Shown here: positions 17,947 to 26,516 of the stretch, piece by piece
Numbering within the stretch: the first letter of the stretch is position 1
How the letters are laid out: each line of letters opens with the position of its first letter
DNA from: Candidatus Eiseniibacteriota bacterium
Lineage (GTDB): Bacteria > Acidobacteriota > Terriglobia > Acidiferrales > UBA7541
Direction of reading: 5' to 3'
Length of the DNA: 64,000 bases
Assembly: GCA_035607215.1 (NCBI GenBank)
Contig: DATNCJ010000024.1
Coordinates: forward strand, 234 to 64,233
The notes under the pieces: model-generated
What the model was told of the DNA's origin: nothing
Seen by the model: the letters and a program-made list of their open reading frames with translations, nothing else
Database searches by the model: none
Made by a program: the position numbers and the translations under genes

Positions 17947-19257
17947 ATGCGCGCCGTCGATCTCATCAAGAAAAAACGTGACTCCGGTGAGCATTCCCGC
18001 GAGGAGATTGAATTCCTGATCTCCGGCTACACTCGCGGCGACATCCCCGACTACCAGATGTCCGCCTGGCTCATGGCTACGTGGATCCGCGGGATGACCC
18101 GCTCGGAGCTGGCCGCGCTCACCGAAGTCATGCTGTGTTCGGGCGAAGTTCTGAACTTCGCGGACTTTCCCGGCAAAAAAGTGGACAAACATTCCACCGG
18201 CGGCGTGGGCGACAAGACTTCGCTGATCCTTGCTCCCATCGTCGCTGCGGGCGGCCTCACCGTGCCGATGATCAGCGGCCGCGGGCTCGGTCATACCGGC
18301 GGCACCCTCGACAAACTCGAATCCATCCCGGGTTTCAACGTCAATCTTTCGCTGGAGCAGTTCCGCCACGTCCTACGCGAATGCGGCATGGGCCTGATCG
18401 GACAGACTGCCGAGATCGCGCCCGCCGACAAAAAGATCTACGCGTTGCGCGATGCCACCAGCACCGTGGAAAACGTCGCGCTGATTTGCGGCTCGATCAT
18501 GAGCAAGAAGCTCGCCGAAGGCATTGACGCGCTGGTGCTCGACGTCAAGACCGGCTCCGGAGCCTTCATGAAGCGTGAAGAGGACGCGGTACACCTCGCG
18601 GAAGTGATGGTCGAGACGGGCAAGCGCATGGGCAAGAAGGTGGTCGCGCTGCTCACCTCTATGGATCAACCGCTGGGCCGCGCTGCGGGGCACTCCAGCG
18701 AAGTGATTGAATCGATCGAGGTCTTGAGCGGCCGCGGACCCGCCGACCTTCGCGATCTCAGCATCGAACTGTCTGCTTGGATGTTCTTTCTGGGGGATCG
18801 CACTTCCTCGCTCGAGGAAGGCCGCCGCCTCGCTGAAACGATGATCGCCACCGGCCAGGCCAGGGAAAAATTCAAGCAGGGAATTGCGCTGCAAGGCGGC
18901 GACCCGGCGGTTGTCGATGACCCTGCGCGACTTCCGTCGGCGCGTTTTGACACGGACGTTGCCGCCGAACGCTCCGGCTACATCGAGTCAACGAAGTGCG
19001 AGCAGCTGGGCATCGCGCTCGCCATGCTCGGTGGCGGTCGCGAAAAAAAAGAAGACACCATCGATCACGGCGTGGGACTGGAATTTCACAAGCGCATCGG
19101 CGACGCAGTGGAAAGAGGCGAACCGCTGGTCACCATCAATTACAATGCCGACGCCAAGCTGGCCGAGGCCAAAGCCATGATCGCAGCAGGCTACGAAATT
19201 GCCCCTCAACCGCCGCGCGAGACGCCTCCGCTAATCCGCCGGCTGATCGGGGCATAG
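17947..19257 (+). CDS. deoA: Thymidine/pyrimidine-nucleoside phosphorylase
   Basis: Full-length match to the family: KKRDSGEHS, DKHSTGGVGDKTSL, SGRGLGHTGGTLDKLESIPG. Confidence 0.92.
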   Translation: MRAVDLIKKKRDSGEHSREEIEFLISGYTRGDIPDYQMSAWLMATWIRGMTRSELAALTEVMLCSGEVLNFADFPGKKVDKHSTGGVGDKTSLILAPIVAAGGLTVPMISGRGLGHTGGTLDKLESIPGFNVNLSLEQFRHVLRECGMGLIGQTAEIAPADKKIYALRDATSTVENVALICGSIMSKKLAEGIDALVLDVKTGSGAFMKREEDAVHLAEVMVETGKRMGKKVVALLTSMDQPLGRAAGHSSEVIESIEVLSGRGPADLRDLSIELSAWMFFLGDRTSSLEEGRRLAETMIATGQAREKFKQGIALQGGDPAVVDDPARLPSARFDTDVAAERSGYIESTKCEQLGIALAMLGGGREKKEDTIDHGVGLEFHKRIGDAVERGEPLVTINYNADAKLAEAKAMIAAGYEIAPQPPRETPPLIRRLIGA

Positions 19258-19382
19258 GTCGGGCGTCGCACATATTTGCCGACGGCTAGGCAGAAATCGG
19301 CATGGCTGCCAAATACTTGGTGATCGGGGCACAGTCGGCCGTCGCCACGTTTGCCGAACGACCCATAGCAACCGGCGCGGTT

Positions 19383-19423
19383 GTCATCCTGAAGCGACCC
19401 GATAAGGGTCGCGGAAGGATCTC
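19383..19423. repeat. REP-like nested palindrome GTCATCCTGAAGCGACCC...GGGTCGCGGAAGGATCTC
   Basis: Inner stem GCGACCC/GGGTCGC and outer stem ATCCT/AGGAT, in the deoA-nupC spacer. Confidence 0.6.
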
Positions 19424-19516
19424 AACCAATTGCGCATGGCGCTAATTTAATCGGGCCGTGCGGCCAGGCTTCGCAAAGCAAGCGTGAAGAGAGCAACCGT
19501 GAAGAAAGAAGGATAA

Positions 19517-20737
19517 ATGGGACGTCTTACAGGCGTGCTGGGCATTGCCGTAATTCTCGGCCTGGCCTATATTTTTTCCACCGATCGCCGCGCCATCAAG
19601 ATGAAAACCATCGCCTGGGGCCTTGGCCTGCAGCTCGCGCTGGGTCTCTTCGTCCTTCGTGTGCCCTCCGGTCAGGTTATCTTTCAGACCCTCGGCGCCG
19701 GCGCCAAGCATCTCCTCGATTTCTCCTACGTCGGCTCCGCGTTTATCTTCGGGGAACTCGGCAAAGCCGATTCGTCGCTGGGGCTGATCTTTGCTTTCCA
19801 GGTACTGCCGACCATCATCTTCATCGCCGCGTTTTTCGCCGTTCTGTATCACCTCGGCGTAATGCAGATCATCATTCGCGCGGCTGCCTGGGTGATGACC
19901 AAAATCATGGGCGCCAGCGGCGCGGAATCCCTCAACGTCGCCGCCAGCATCTTCATGGGGCAAACCGAAGCCCCGCTCACCATTCGCCCCTTCCTTCCGC
20001 GGCTTACCAAGTCCGAACTCATGACCGTGATGACCAGCGGCATGGCCCACATCTCCGGCGGCATGATGGCCGCTTACATCCGCGTCGGCGGTGCCGACCC
20101 GAAAAATCTGCTCACCGCGGTGATCATGACCGCGCCCGGCACGCTGCTGATGGCTAAGATGCTCGTCCCCGAAACCGAGCACCCACTCACCGCCGGCCGC
20201 GTACAGATGCCCGAAGCCCAAAAAGAATCCAACGTCCTCGGCGCCATCGCTCGCGGCACGGTCGACGGTTTGCACCTGGCGCTCAACGTCGGTGCCATGC
20301 TCATCGTCTTCCTCGCGTTGCTCGCGCTGCTCAACGCCATGATGGGCTGGGTGCACATTTACATTCACTGGTTCCCCTACAGCCTGCAGCAGATCCTCGG
20401 CTGGATTTTCGCCCCGGTCGCGTGGCTCATCGGCGTGTCCTGGCACGACGCCTCCACCATCGGCAATCTGCTCGGCACGCGTATGGTGCTCAACGAATTT
20501 GTGGCCTTCGCCGAACTCGGCAAGATCAAAGACACCCTCGACCCGCGCACCTTCACCATCGCCACTTTTGCCCTTTGCGGCTTCGCCAACTTCAGCTCCA
20601 TCGGCATCCAGATCGGCGGCATCGGCGCCCTCGCGCCGGAGCAGCGCGACCAGCTAACCAAGTTCGGCATCCGCGCCATGCTCGCCGGCACCATGGCCAA
20701 TCTCATCTCCGCCTCCATCGTCGGCATATTCGGTTGA
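19517..20737 (+). CDS. nupC: NupC/CNT-family concentrative nucleoside transporter
   Basis: 406-aa polytopic membrane protein with CNT motifs (GFANFSSIGIQIGG, GTRMVLNEFVAF). Confidence 0.9.
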   Translation: MGRLTGVLGIAVILGLAYIFSTDRRAIKMKTIAWGLGLQLALGLFVLRVPSGQVIFQTLGAGAKHLLDFSYVGSAFIFGELGKADSSLGLIFAFQVLPTIIFIAAFFAVLYHLGVMQIIIRAAAWVMTKIMGASGAESLNVAASIFMGQTEAPLTIRPFLPRLTKSELMTVMTSGMAHISGGMMAAYIRVGGADPKNLLTAVIMTAPGTLLMAKMLVPETEHPLTAGRVQMPEAQKESNVLGAIARGTVDGLHLALNVGAMLIVFLALLALLNAMMGWVHIYIHWFPYSLQQILGWIFAPVAWLIGVSWHDASTIGNLLGTRMVLNEFVAFAELGKIKDTLDPRTFTIATFALCGFANFSSIGIQIGGIGALAPEQRDQLTKFGIRAMLAGTMANLISASIVGIFG

Positions 20738-20806
20738 GCGAATTAAGAAGGTCGATCCAGCCCGGGTTAGAGCCAACTTCAAGCAACACAACCAGAGTTC
20801 ACTACC

Positions 20807-20831
20807 AGTGGTATAGCCATTCTGGCTGTGC
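20807..20831. repeat. REP-like hairpin AGTGGTATAGCCATTCTGGCTGTGC
   Basis: AGCCA/TGGCT stem. A near-identical copy lies at 26982-27007. Confidence 0.6.
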
Positions 20832-20903
20832 TCCCATTTTGCAAATCACTTGCCGATTTCTGGTATGGCTCTTCCCGCGAATGCGCTAGATTAATCCCTC
20901 ATC

Positions 20904-21758
20904 ATGCCCATAAAAACCGCCTCCACCTCCGCCGAGTTCACCAACAGCACTCGCGCCGCAAAGTTCATCCACTCTAAAACCAAACTTCGCCCGCGCATCG
21001 CCCTAGTCCTCGGCTCCGGCCTCGGCGCCTTCGCCGACGATTTCGCCTCTGCCATCCGCATCCCTTACGCCAAAATCCCGCACTTTCCGCGCTCCACCGC
21101 CATCGGCCACGCTGGCCAACTCGTCATCGGCAAAGTCGGCGACGTCCCCGTCGCCGGAATGCAGGGCCGTGTGCACCTCTACGAAGGCTACTCCGCAAAA
21201 GACGTCGCCTTCCCGATCCGCGTCTTCCAACGCATGGGCGTAAAAGCCGTAATCCTCACAAACGCCGCCGGCGGCATCAATCTCACCTATTCCGAAGGCG
21301 CGCTGGTCATCCTGCGCGATCACATCAATCTACAACCCACGAATCCGCTGATCGGCGCCAACGACGATCGCTTCGGCTTGCGCTTTCCCGACATGACCCG
21401 CGCCTATGATTCCGATTTCCGCAGTTTCGCCGCCGAAGAAGGAAAGAAACTTCGCCTCGATCTCCACGAAGGCGTCTACCTCGCCCTCGGCGGCCCCAAC
21501 TACGAAACGCCCGCCGAAATCCACGCCTTCCGCACGCTCGGTGCCGATCTCGTTGGCATGTCCACGGTCCCCGAAGTCCTCGCTGCGCGTCACAGCAACA
21601 TCCGCGTCCTCGGCATCTCCTGCGTCACCAACATGGCCGCTGGCATCACCGGCGCCCCGCTCACCGCGGAAGAAGTCTTCGCCACCGGCGCCCGCATTAA
21701 AAACGATTTCATCGCCCTGCTGCGCGCTGTGATTCCCCGCATCAGCGCCTCGATCTAG
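20904..21758 (+). CDS. punA: Purine nucleoside phosphorylase (trimeric PNP type)
   Basis: GHAGQLVIGKVGDVPVAGMQGRVHLYEGYS, ETPAEI and MSTVPEV motifs. Confidence 0.9.
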   Translation: MPIKTASTSAEFTNSTRAAKFIHSKTKLRPRIALVLGSGLGAFADDFASAIRIPYAKIPHFPRSTAIGHAGQLVIGKVGDVPVAGMQGRVHLYEGYSAKDVAFPIRVFQRMGVKAVILTNAAGGINLTYSEGALVILRDHINLQPTNPLIGANDDRFGLRFPDMTRAYDSDFRSFAAEEGKKLRLDLHEGVYLALGGPNYETPAEIHAFRTLGADLVGMSTVPEVLAARHSNIRVLGISCVTNMAAGITGAPLTAEEVFATGARIKNDFIALLRAVIPRISASI

Positions 21759-21790
21759 CAAGCTATGTCGAGCGGCTTGCCCTCCCCGCG

Positions 21791-21835
21791 TGGTCCAGCC
21801 TTTGCGCCTTTGCCTTTCGCAAAGGGTGGGTCGCT
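21791..21835. repeat. REP-like palindrome CCTTTGCG-N11-CGCAAAGGGTGGG
   Basis: 8-bp stem at 21799-21806 / 21818-25 in the PNP-cdd spacer. Confidence 0.5.
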
Positions 21836-21944
21836 CCTTCAACATTGACGTATTCCGACATCTCACAATCTTCATCTCGCGTCCGTCTCTGCGTCTGCCT
21901 GCCTCTGTAGCAAATGCCTCTTCTCTCATGCTAACTTTCCGCCC

Positions 21945-22337
21945 ATGTCCGAACATGACCACCTCATCACTATCGCCAAACAATCGCGCGAAAACGCCCA
22001 CGCCCCCTACTCCAACTTCCGCGTAGGCGCCGCCCTCCGCGCCACCTCCGGCCGCATTTTCGGCGGCTGCAACGTAGAAAACGCCACCTACGGCCTCACT
22101 GTCTGCGCCGAACGCATCGCCATTTTCAAAGCCCTCAGCGAAGGCGAACGCGGCTTCGACGCCATCACCGTCGTCACCGATACCGACTCCCTCACACCAC
22201 CGTGCGGCGCCTGCCGCCAGCTGATCTGGGAATTCTGCGGCGACATCCCGGTAATCCTCTCCAACCTCAAAGGCAAGACCGAACAAGTCCAGATGCGCGA
22301 CCTCTTCCCCAAACCCTTCGACTCCTCCAACCTCTGA
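21945..22337 (+). CDS. cdd: Cytidine deaminase
   Basis: Zinc motifs CAERIAIF and PCGACRQ, with the typical 130-aa length. Confidence 0.92.
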   Translation: MSEHDHLITIAKQSRENAHAPYSNFRVGAALRATSGRIFGGCNVENATYGLTVCAERIAIFKALSEGERGFDAITVVTDTDSLTPPCGACRQLIWEFCGDIPVILSNLKGKTEQVQMRDLFPKPFDSSNL

Positions 22338-22389
22338 CACCGACGCAAAATGATGTGAACTCGCCAAACGTTGCGTCTTGGCATCGGGG

Positions 22390-22409
22390 GTCGGACCTTT
22401 AGGTCCGAC
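22390..22409. repeat. REP-like hairpin GTCGGACC-TTTA-GGTCCGAC
   Basis: Perfect 8-bp stem in the cdd-amidohydrolase spacer. It shares the GGAC(C)TTTA(G/C)GTCC core with 24016-24030. Confidence 0.55.
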
Positions 22410-22547
22410 ATTTAGTTCGAAGCGAAAAGGGCTTCAGCCCCCTGAGGAAACATCTTAGCCTTCTACTTTTTTCCCGAACGCAAGTAGCATCTGTCAACGG
22501 CGACTTCTCTCGGCTAAACTTCCGACACTCTTACGTCCGGCGAAAAA

Positions 22548-23957
22548 ATGCCTCGCACCCTCCGCACCATCGGTCTAGTCCTAGTCCTCGCAACTACGCT
22601 CTCCGCACAACCCGAAAAACAACCCGTCTCGGTCGATCTCCTAATCACCAACGCCACTATCGTCACCATGGACGCCGACCGCCGCATCATCGAAAACGGC
22701 CAACTCGCGATACGCGGCGACGAAATCATCTACGTCGGTCCGGCAAAAAACGAAATCCCATTCCCCAATGGTATCCAGTTCAAAGAAACCATCGACGCCC
22801 ATGGCAAACTCCTCCTCCCCGGCTTCATCAACGCCCACACCCACGTCCCGATGTCGCTCTTCCGAGGCCTCAAAGACGACGTCACCCTTGACGACTGGCT
22901 CCGCAAATTCATCTTTCCCGCCGAGGCCAAAAACGTCACCGAAGATTTCGTCCGCTGGGGCATGCGCCTCGCCGCCGCCGAGCAGATCCGCTCCGGCGTC
23001 ACCACCTTCGCCGACATGTACTACTTCGAAGACGCCATCGCCGAAGAAACCAAAGCCGCAGGCATGCGCGGCGTCCTCGGTGAAACTTTCATCGATTTTC
23101 CCGCGCCGGACAACAAGACTCGCGACCAGCTGCTCGCCTACGCCGAAAAATTCCTTCAGCGCTGGCGCAACGATCCGCTCATTCACGCCGCGGTCGCTCC
23201 CCACTCGATCTACACCGACTCGGAGCAAACGCTGAAAGCCGCTGCCACGCTCGCCCGCAAATACAACGCGCCGATCCTCATCCATGTAGCCGAGATGAAA
23301 AAGGAGCTCGACGAGAGCCTGGCAAAAAATCACGCCACACCAGTGCAGTATCTCGATCGCATCGGCTTGCTGGGTCCCGATGTTCTCGCCGCGCACTGCA
23401 TCTACGTCGACGATGGCGATCGCAAGATCCTCGCTGAACGGCACGTCGGTTGCGCCCACAATCCATCCAGCAATATGATGCTCGCCAGCGGCATCGCTCC
23501 GGTTGTCGAGGAACGCGCCGCGGGCATTGCGGTTGGCCTCGGCACCGACGGTCCCGCCGGCAGCAACAATGATTTCAATTTGATGGAAGAAATAGATCTG
23601 GCGGCCAAGCTGCAGAAAATCTCAAAAATGGATCCCCGCGCGCTCGGCGCAAGAGGCGCAGTAGAAATGGCCACCATTGACGGCGCCCGCGCCCTTCACA
23701 TGGAAAAAGAAATCGGCTCCCTCGAGCCCGGCAAGAAAGCCGACCTCATCCTCATCGGTCTCGACGCCCCCAACGCTGCCCCGATGTTCGACGTCTACTC
23801 TCAACTAGCCTATTCGCTGAAAGCCGCCGACATCGAAACGGTAGTAATCGGCGGCCGCGTCGTCATGCGCAACCACAAACTCCTCACCGTCGACGAACCC
23901 GCCGCCATCGCCAAAGCGCGCGAATACCAAACCAAAATCGCCGCCTCCCTCAAATAA
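22548..23957 (+). CDS. Amidohydrolase (TRZ/ATZ-MtaD-like nucleoside/nucleobase deaminase family) with signal peptide
   Basis: HxH metal motif INAHTHVPMS, plus HVAE and GTDG motifs. Leader MPRTLRTIGLVLVLATTLSAQ. Confidence 0.8.
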   Translation: MPRTLRTIGLVLVLATTLSAQPEKQPVSVDLLITNATIVTMDADRRIIENGQLAIRGDEIIYVGPAKNEIPFPNGIQFKETIDAHGKLLLPGFINAHTHVPMSLFRGLKDDVTLDDWLRKFIFPAEAKNVTEDFVRWGMRLAAAEQIRSGVTTFADMYYFEDAIAEETKAAGMRGVLGETFIDFPAPDNKTRDQLLAYAEKFLQRWRNDPLIHAAVAPHSIYTDSEQTLKAAATLARKYNAPILIHVAEMKKELDESLAKNHATPVQYLDRIGLLGPDVLAAHCIYVDDGDRKILAERHVGCAHNPSSNMMLASGIAPVVEERAAGIAVGLGTDGPAGSNNDFNLMEEIDLAAKLQKISKMDPRALGARGAVEMATIDGARALHMEKEIGSLEPGKKADLILIGLDAPNAAPMFDVYSQLAYSLKAADIETVVIGGRVVMRNHKLLTVDEPAAIAKAREYQTKIAASLK

Positions 23958-24010
23958 GACTCGATCCACGCTGAATTCCACCGGTGTGCCGTTTGATGCC
24001 GACGGCCTGT

Positions 24011-24050
24011 AGGGGCGGACTTTACGTCCGTCGTCCGCGCCAGCGCGGAC
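24011..24050. repeat. Two adjacent REP-like hairpins (CGGAC-TTTAC-GTCCG and GTCCGCGC-CA-GCGCGGAC)
   Basis: Palindromes read directly from the sequence, downstream of the amidohydrolase. Confidence 0.5.
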
Positions 24051-24224
24051 AAGGGATCACCACCCGACTCGGCAACCTCTGTCCAACATGCAAGGGTTTT
24101 CTCCCAGCGTGCTGCACCCTGCGCTTTTCAGGGTGCGGGTGTAAATTCAACTTCACCACGGCGGATTCACCGTCCCGCATCAATATCTCTTTCAACTTCC
24201 CCAGTCCGGCGATCTCCTCCTCAC

Positions 24225-24389
24225 CTAGCAACCCCCGCGCCCCAGATCGCTGACCCGCCCGCTCAGTTGCGTGTCCGCCTGAATATGCACCGCCTCCGCC
24301 GAAGCGCTGAAGGCATAACGCGGATCCCCACGCCGCTCCTGCGCCGCCGCTCCCCCGCCGCGCTTCTCGGCCTGCGACTTCTCGAACAT
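24225..24389 (-). pseudogene. Truncated or frameshifted PilZ-domain gene (N-terminal fragment)
   Basis: MFEKSQ...ERRGDPRYAF...GRVSDLGRGGC carries the RxxxR and DxSxxG-like PilZ motifs. It then hits TAG right after a G5 run. The downstream frames are degenerate. Confidence 0.35.
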
Positions 24390-24569
24390 CGACACGGATA
24401 CCCTCGCCCGGGCAATGGAATGGGGAGGTTTGACGGGAAGGGGAAAGCCAAACCGGAAACTGCGCCTGCCGCCCAAAGATTAGCCATCCCCCATGAAGAC
24501 AACAAGAGCCTGCGGCAACGTCATGCTGTGACTGCTGGGTTCCGCATTGCGCCTTCGCTCGGGCTCTAT

Positions 24570-25355
24570 CTAACGTCGTCCGCGCTGTGTCTGCTGCACA
24601 GGACGCTGATCGAGCATCGATACTGCTCTTGGCTGCAGTTGCGAACTGGTGACGATCTTTTCCAGCTGAGCCATGATCTTCTTCTGATTCACGGGCTTCA
24701 ATTGATCCGTCTCGTTAACCGTTTCCACGCCCACGCGAACGAAGAACTCGTAGCACCTGTCGTTTGCAAATCCCGCGTAATCCCGTTCAAAATATTCCGT
24801 ATTCGCTTCCCCCTGATCGCTGTCCGCCCACATGAACGGCACGCCATCCACGGTAATCGTTCCCGACGCCGCTTTGGCATCGCCTGTCCGTGTCACCGGA
24901 TAATCTTGGCATCCGCCCTCTGGCAAATAGCGGTTCACCGCCACCTGCACCGACCCGCCCGCAAACGTCGTATTGGGAAACGAATCCTCCGGTACCGCGA
25001 TCGTCGCCACCAAAATCGCGCCAGGCTGCTCGCTCTCCAGGTCCGCTTGGGTCCGCAATCCCCCAGCATCCTCCGTCACTTCGTCCAACGGGCCCTCGTC
25101 CAACGGGTAGTTCCGCGGATACCGGAACGTCACCCCATACTCGGGGTTCGCATACGTCGAAGACGACGACTCCCTCGGGACAGGCCTGGCCACCGGCTTC
25201 TTTTCCAAAGGCCGCTGCGCGATGCCAGCCAGCGGCGCAACGGATGTCCCCTTCTCCTTCGGCGCAGCCTTCCCCACATAACCGATCACCGCAAAGCTGC
25301 CGCCCGCCAAGCCCATCACCAACGCCCACAAGATCCACCTCTTGCCGCCAACCAT
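24570..25355 (-). CDS. Hypothetical membrane-anchored protein
   Basis: Start at MVGGKRW with GGAGG 5 nt upstream. One N-terminal TM helix, then a soluble domain (PEYGVTFRYPRNYPL...). No family recognised. Confidence 0.6.
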   Translation of the reverse strand: MVGGKRWILWALVMGLAGGSFAVIGYVGKAAPKEKGTSVAPLAGIAQRPLEKKPVARPVPRESSSSTYANPEYGVTFRYPRNYPLDEGPLDEVTEDAGGLRTQADLESEQPGAILVATIAVPEDSFPNTTFAGGSVQVAVNRYLPEGGCQDYPVTRTGDAKAASGTITVDGVPFMWADSDQGEANTEYFERDYAGFANDRCYEFFVRVGVETVNETDQLKPVNQKKIMAQLEKIVTSSQLQPRAVSMLDQRPVQQTQRGRR

Positions 25356-25429
25356 GTCCGCCTCCTGTACCGCTGACATGGCCAACTGCAAGCTCGTCCC
25401 CAACGTTATCAATTGAATCGAGGAGGTTT

Positions 25430-25588
25430 ATGGTTGACCAAGAGCCGCACGCCGTGTGCTTCGATCAACAATGTGGCTTTGTGGCCGCAGTCTTCAGGCG
25501 CCTGCCATTGACCTCCATCGGTCAGGCGACAGCGCGGTTGCCCAGCTCAAAAGACGCCATACCACGTGCTCGGCGGGGGCTATCCTAA
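25430..25588 (+). CDS. Possible small ORF (52 aa)
   Basis: AGGAGG lies 3 nt upstream of the ATG. No homolog recognised, and the SD spacing is short. Confidence 0.2.
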   Translation: MVDQEPHAVCFDQQCGFVAAVFRRLPLTSIGQATARLPSSKDAIPRARRGLS

Positions 25589-25595
25589 ATCGTAC

Positions 25596-25623
25596 TTGAC
25601 AAATTTCTAAACTCTGCCATAAT
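25596..25623 (+). promoter_or_regulatory. Near-consensus sigma-70 promoter TTGACA-N16-CATAAT
   Basis: -35 at 25596-25601 and -10 at 25618-25623, in an AT-rich pocket of a GC-rich genome. Confidence 0.45.
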
Positions 25624-25629
25624 ACTATC

Positions 25630-25678
25630 CGTACAGACCACGACTTGGCGCCGTCGAACACGGGCGCCTTTTCTATTT
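25630..25678 (+). ncRNA. Candidate ~50-nt small RNA (promoter-to-terminator unit)
   Basis: Bounded by the promoter above and the terminator at 25647-25678. There is no plus-strand gene downstream for more than 800 nt. Confidence 0.3.
25647..25678 (+). terminator. Intrinsic terminator
   Basis: GGCGCC/GGCGCC 6-bp all-GC stem with a 10-nt loop, followed by TTTTCTATTT. Confidence 0.5.
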
Positions 25679-25871
25679 GCACTCCATACGCAAATCTCCG
25701 ACATTTCTGTCGCTTTCCTGCACTCTTTTGCGCCCTTGGTTTCATCAACCAGCCCAGAATCAATCACTTCCGCACTCTTTGCTGGGAAACAACCGGGGGT
25801 GGGGGTATGAGCAACGAGGCGAATCGAGCCAGCCAGGAGCTTTGCGATCCTTAAAAATAGGAAAGTACGAC

Positions 25872-25896
25872 TAAGCTATTTATCATCAATAGCTTA
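25872..25896 (-). terminator. Hairpin terminator overlapping the stop codon of the 25894-26433 gene
   Basis: TAAGCTATT/AATAGCTTA 9-bp stem with a 7-nt loop. The minus strand continues with a T-rich TTTCCTATTTTT tract. Confidence 0.5.
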
Positions 25897-26433
25897 CAGC
25901 GTCTCGCGAAGTTGATGGGGTATACTCCCTTCGTTCACTCCTCCATCCGGTGCCACCCACTCCCTCCTCGCGCGCCGATTTCCTAGTACATCGAAATTGT
26001 AAAATTTGCGGAAGTGCCCGCTGCACTCGCCGAATCGCGCCAGTGCCGCCCGCGCTGCTTCGAGCCGTGAGCCAAATCTTCCCGAGCGCACCAGGTTCCC
26101 CACCTCGCTGGCCCAAAAGCGCGTCAGCGTCTCGTGGTATCCGTTATCCGCGGTGTTGGCCCCGCCAGACGCCAGGTTGTAATGCCGGATGCCCAGCCGC
26201 ATCACTCGCACCAGGACCTCGGCCGGATACTCGTACGCAAAATACGCCGCAACTCCCACGTGCGCGCCATGCGTCCAGCTTTTCTTCGGCAACGTACCTC
26301 GCTCCCACGCATCGATGAACTCCTCCAAGGTTCGCTCGCTTTCCAAAAACGGATGCCGCGCCACCATTTCGCGAAAAGCATCGCCAGCTGCGCTAGAATC
26401 CTTGCTTGCCAATGTGTTATCGCCAATATTCAT
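25894..26433 (-). CDS. Hypothetical protein, divergent from the Lrp regulator
   Basis: 179-aa ORF starting at MNIGDN. Coding-like composition, no family recognised. Confidence 0.6.
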   Translation of the reverse strand: MNIGDNTLASKDSSAAGDAFREMVARHPFLESERTLEEFIDAWERGTLPKKSWTHGAHVGVAAYFAYEYPAEVLVRVMRLGIRHYNLASGGANTADNGYHETLTRFWASEVGNLVRSGRFGSRLEAARAALARFGECSGHFRKFYNFDVLGNRRARREWVAPDGGVNEGSIPHQLRETL

Positions 26434-26516
26434 TGGATTCGTAACCTCCAGGATATGGCCTATTATTATTAAAAGGAATACGATAGTCAAATCGCTCGAT
26501 TACTAGGAGGATTAGC

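Noticed and set aside
21330-22367. 345-aa minus-strand ORF spanning the PNP 3' end, a spacer and cdd
   Set aside because: It overlaps two well-supported plus-strand genes and reads through a REP element (the ...RKGWTTRGG text). It is a shadow ORF.
24267-25376. 369-aa plus-strand ORF
   Set aside because: The translation is extremely Arg/Pro/His-rich. It is antisense to the better-supported membrane-anchored protein gene, which has a GGAGG-ATG start.
25807-25854. 15-codon ORF (MSNEANRASQELCDP) after a G-rich tract
   Set aside because: It is too short and has no conserved or regulatory context. No downstream gene exists on that strand to act as a leader-peptide target.
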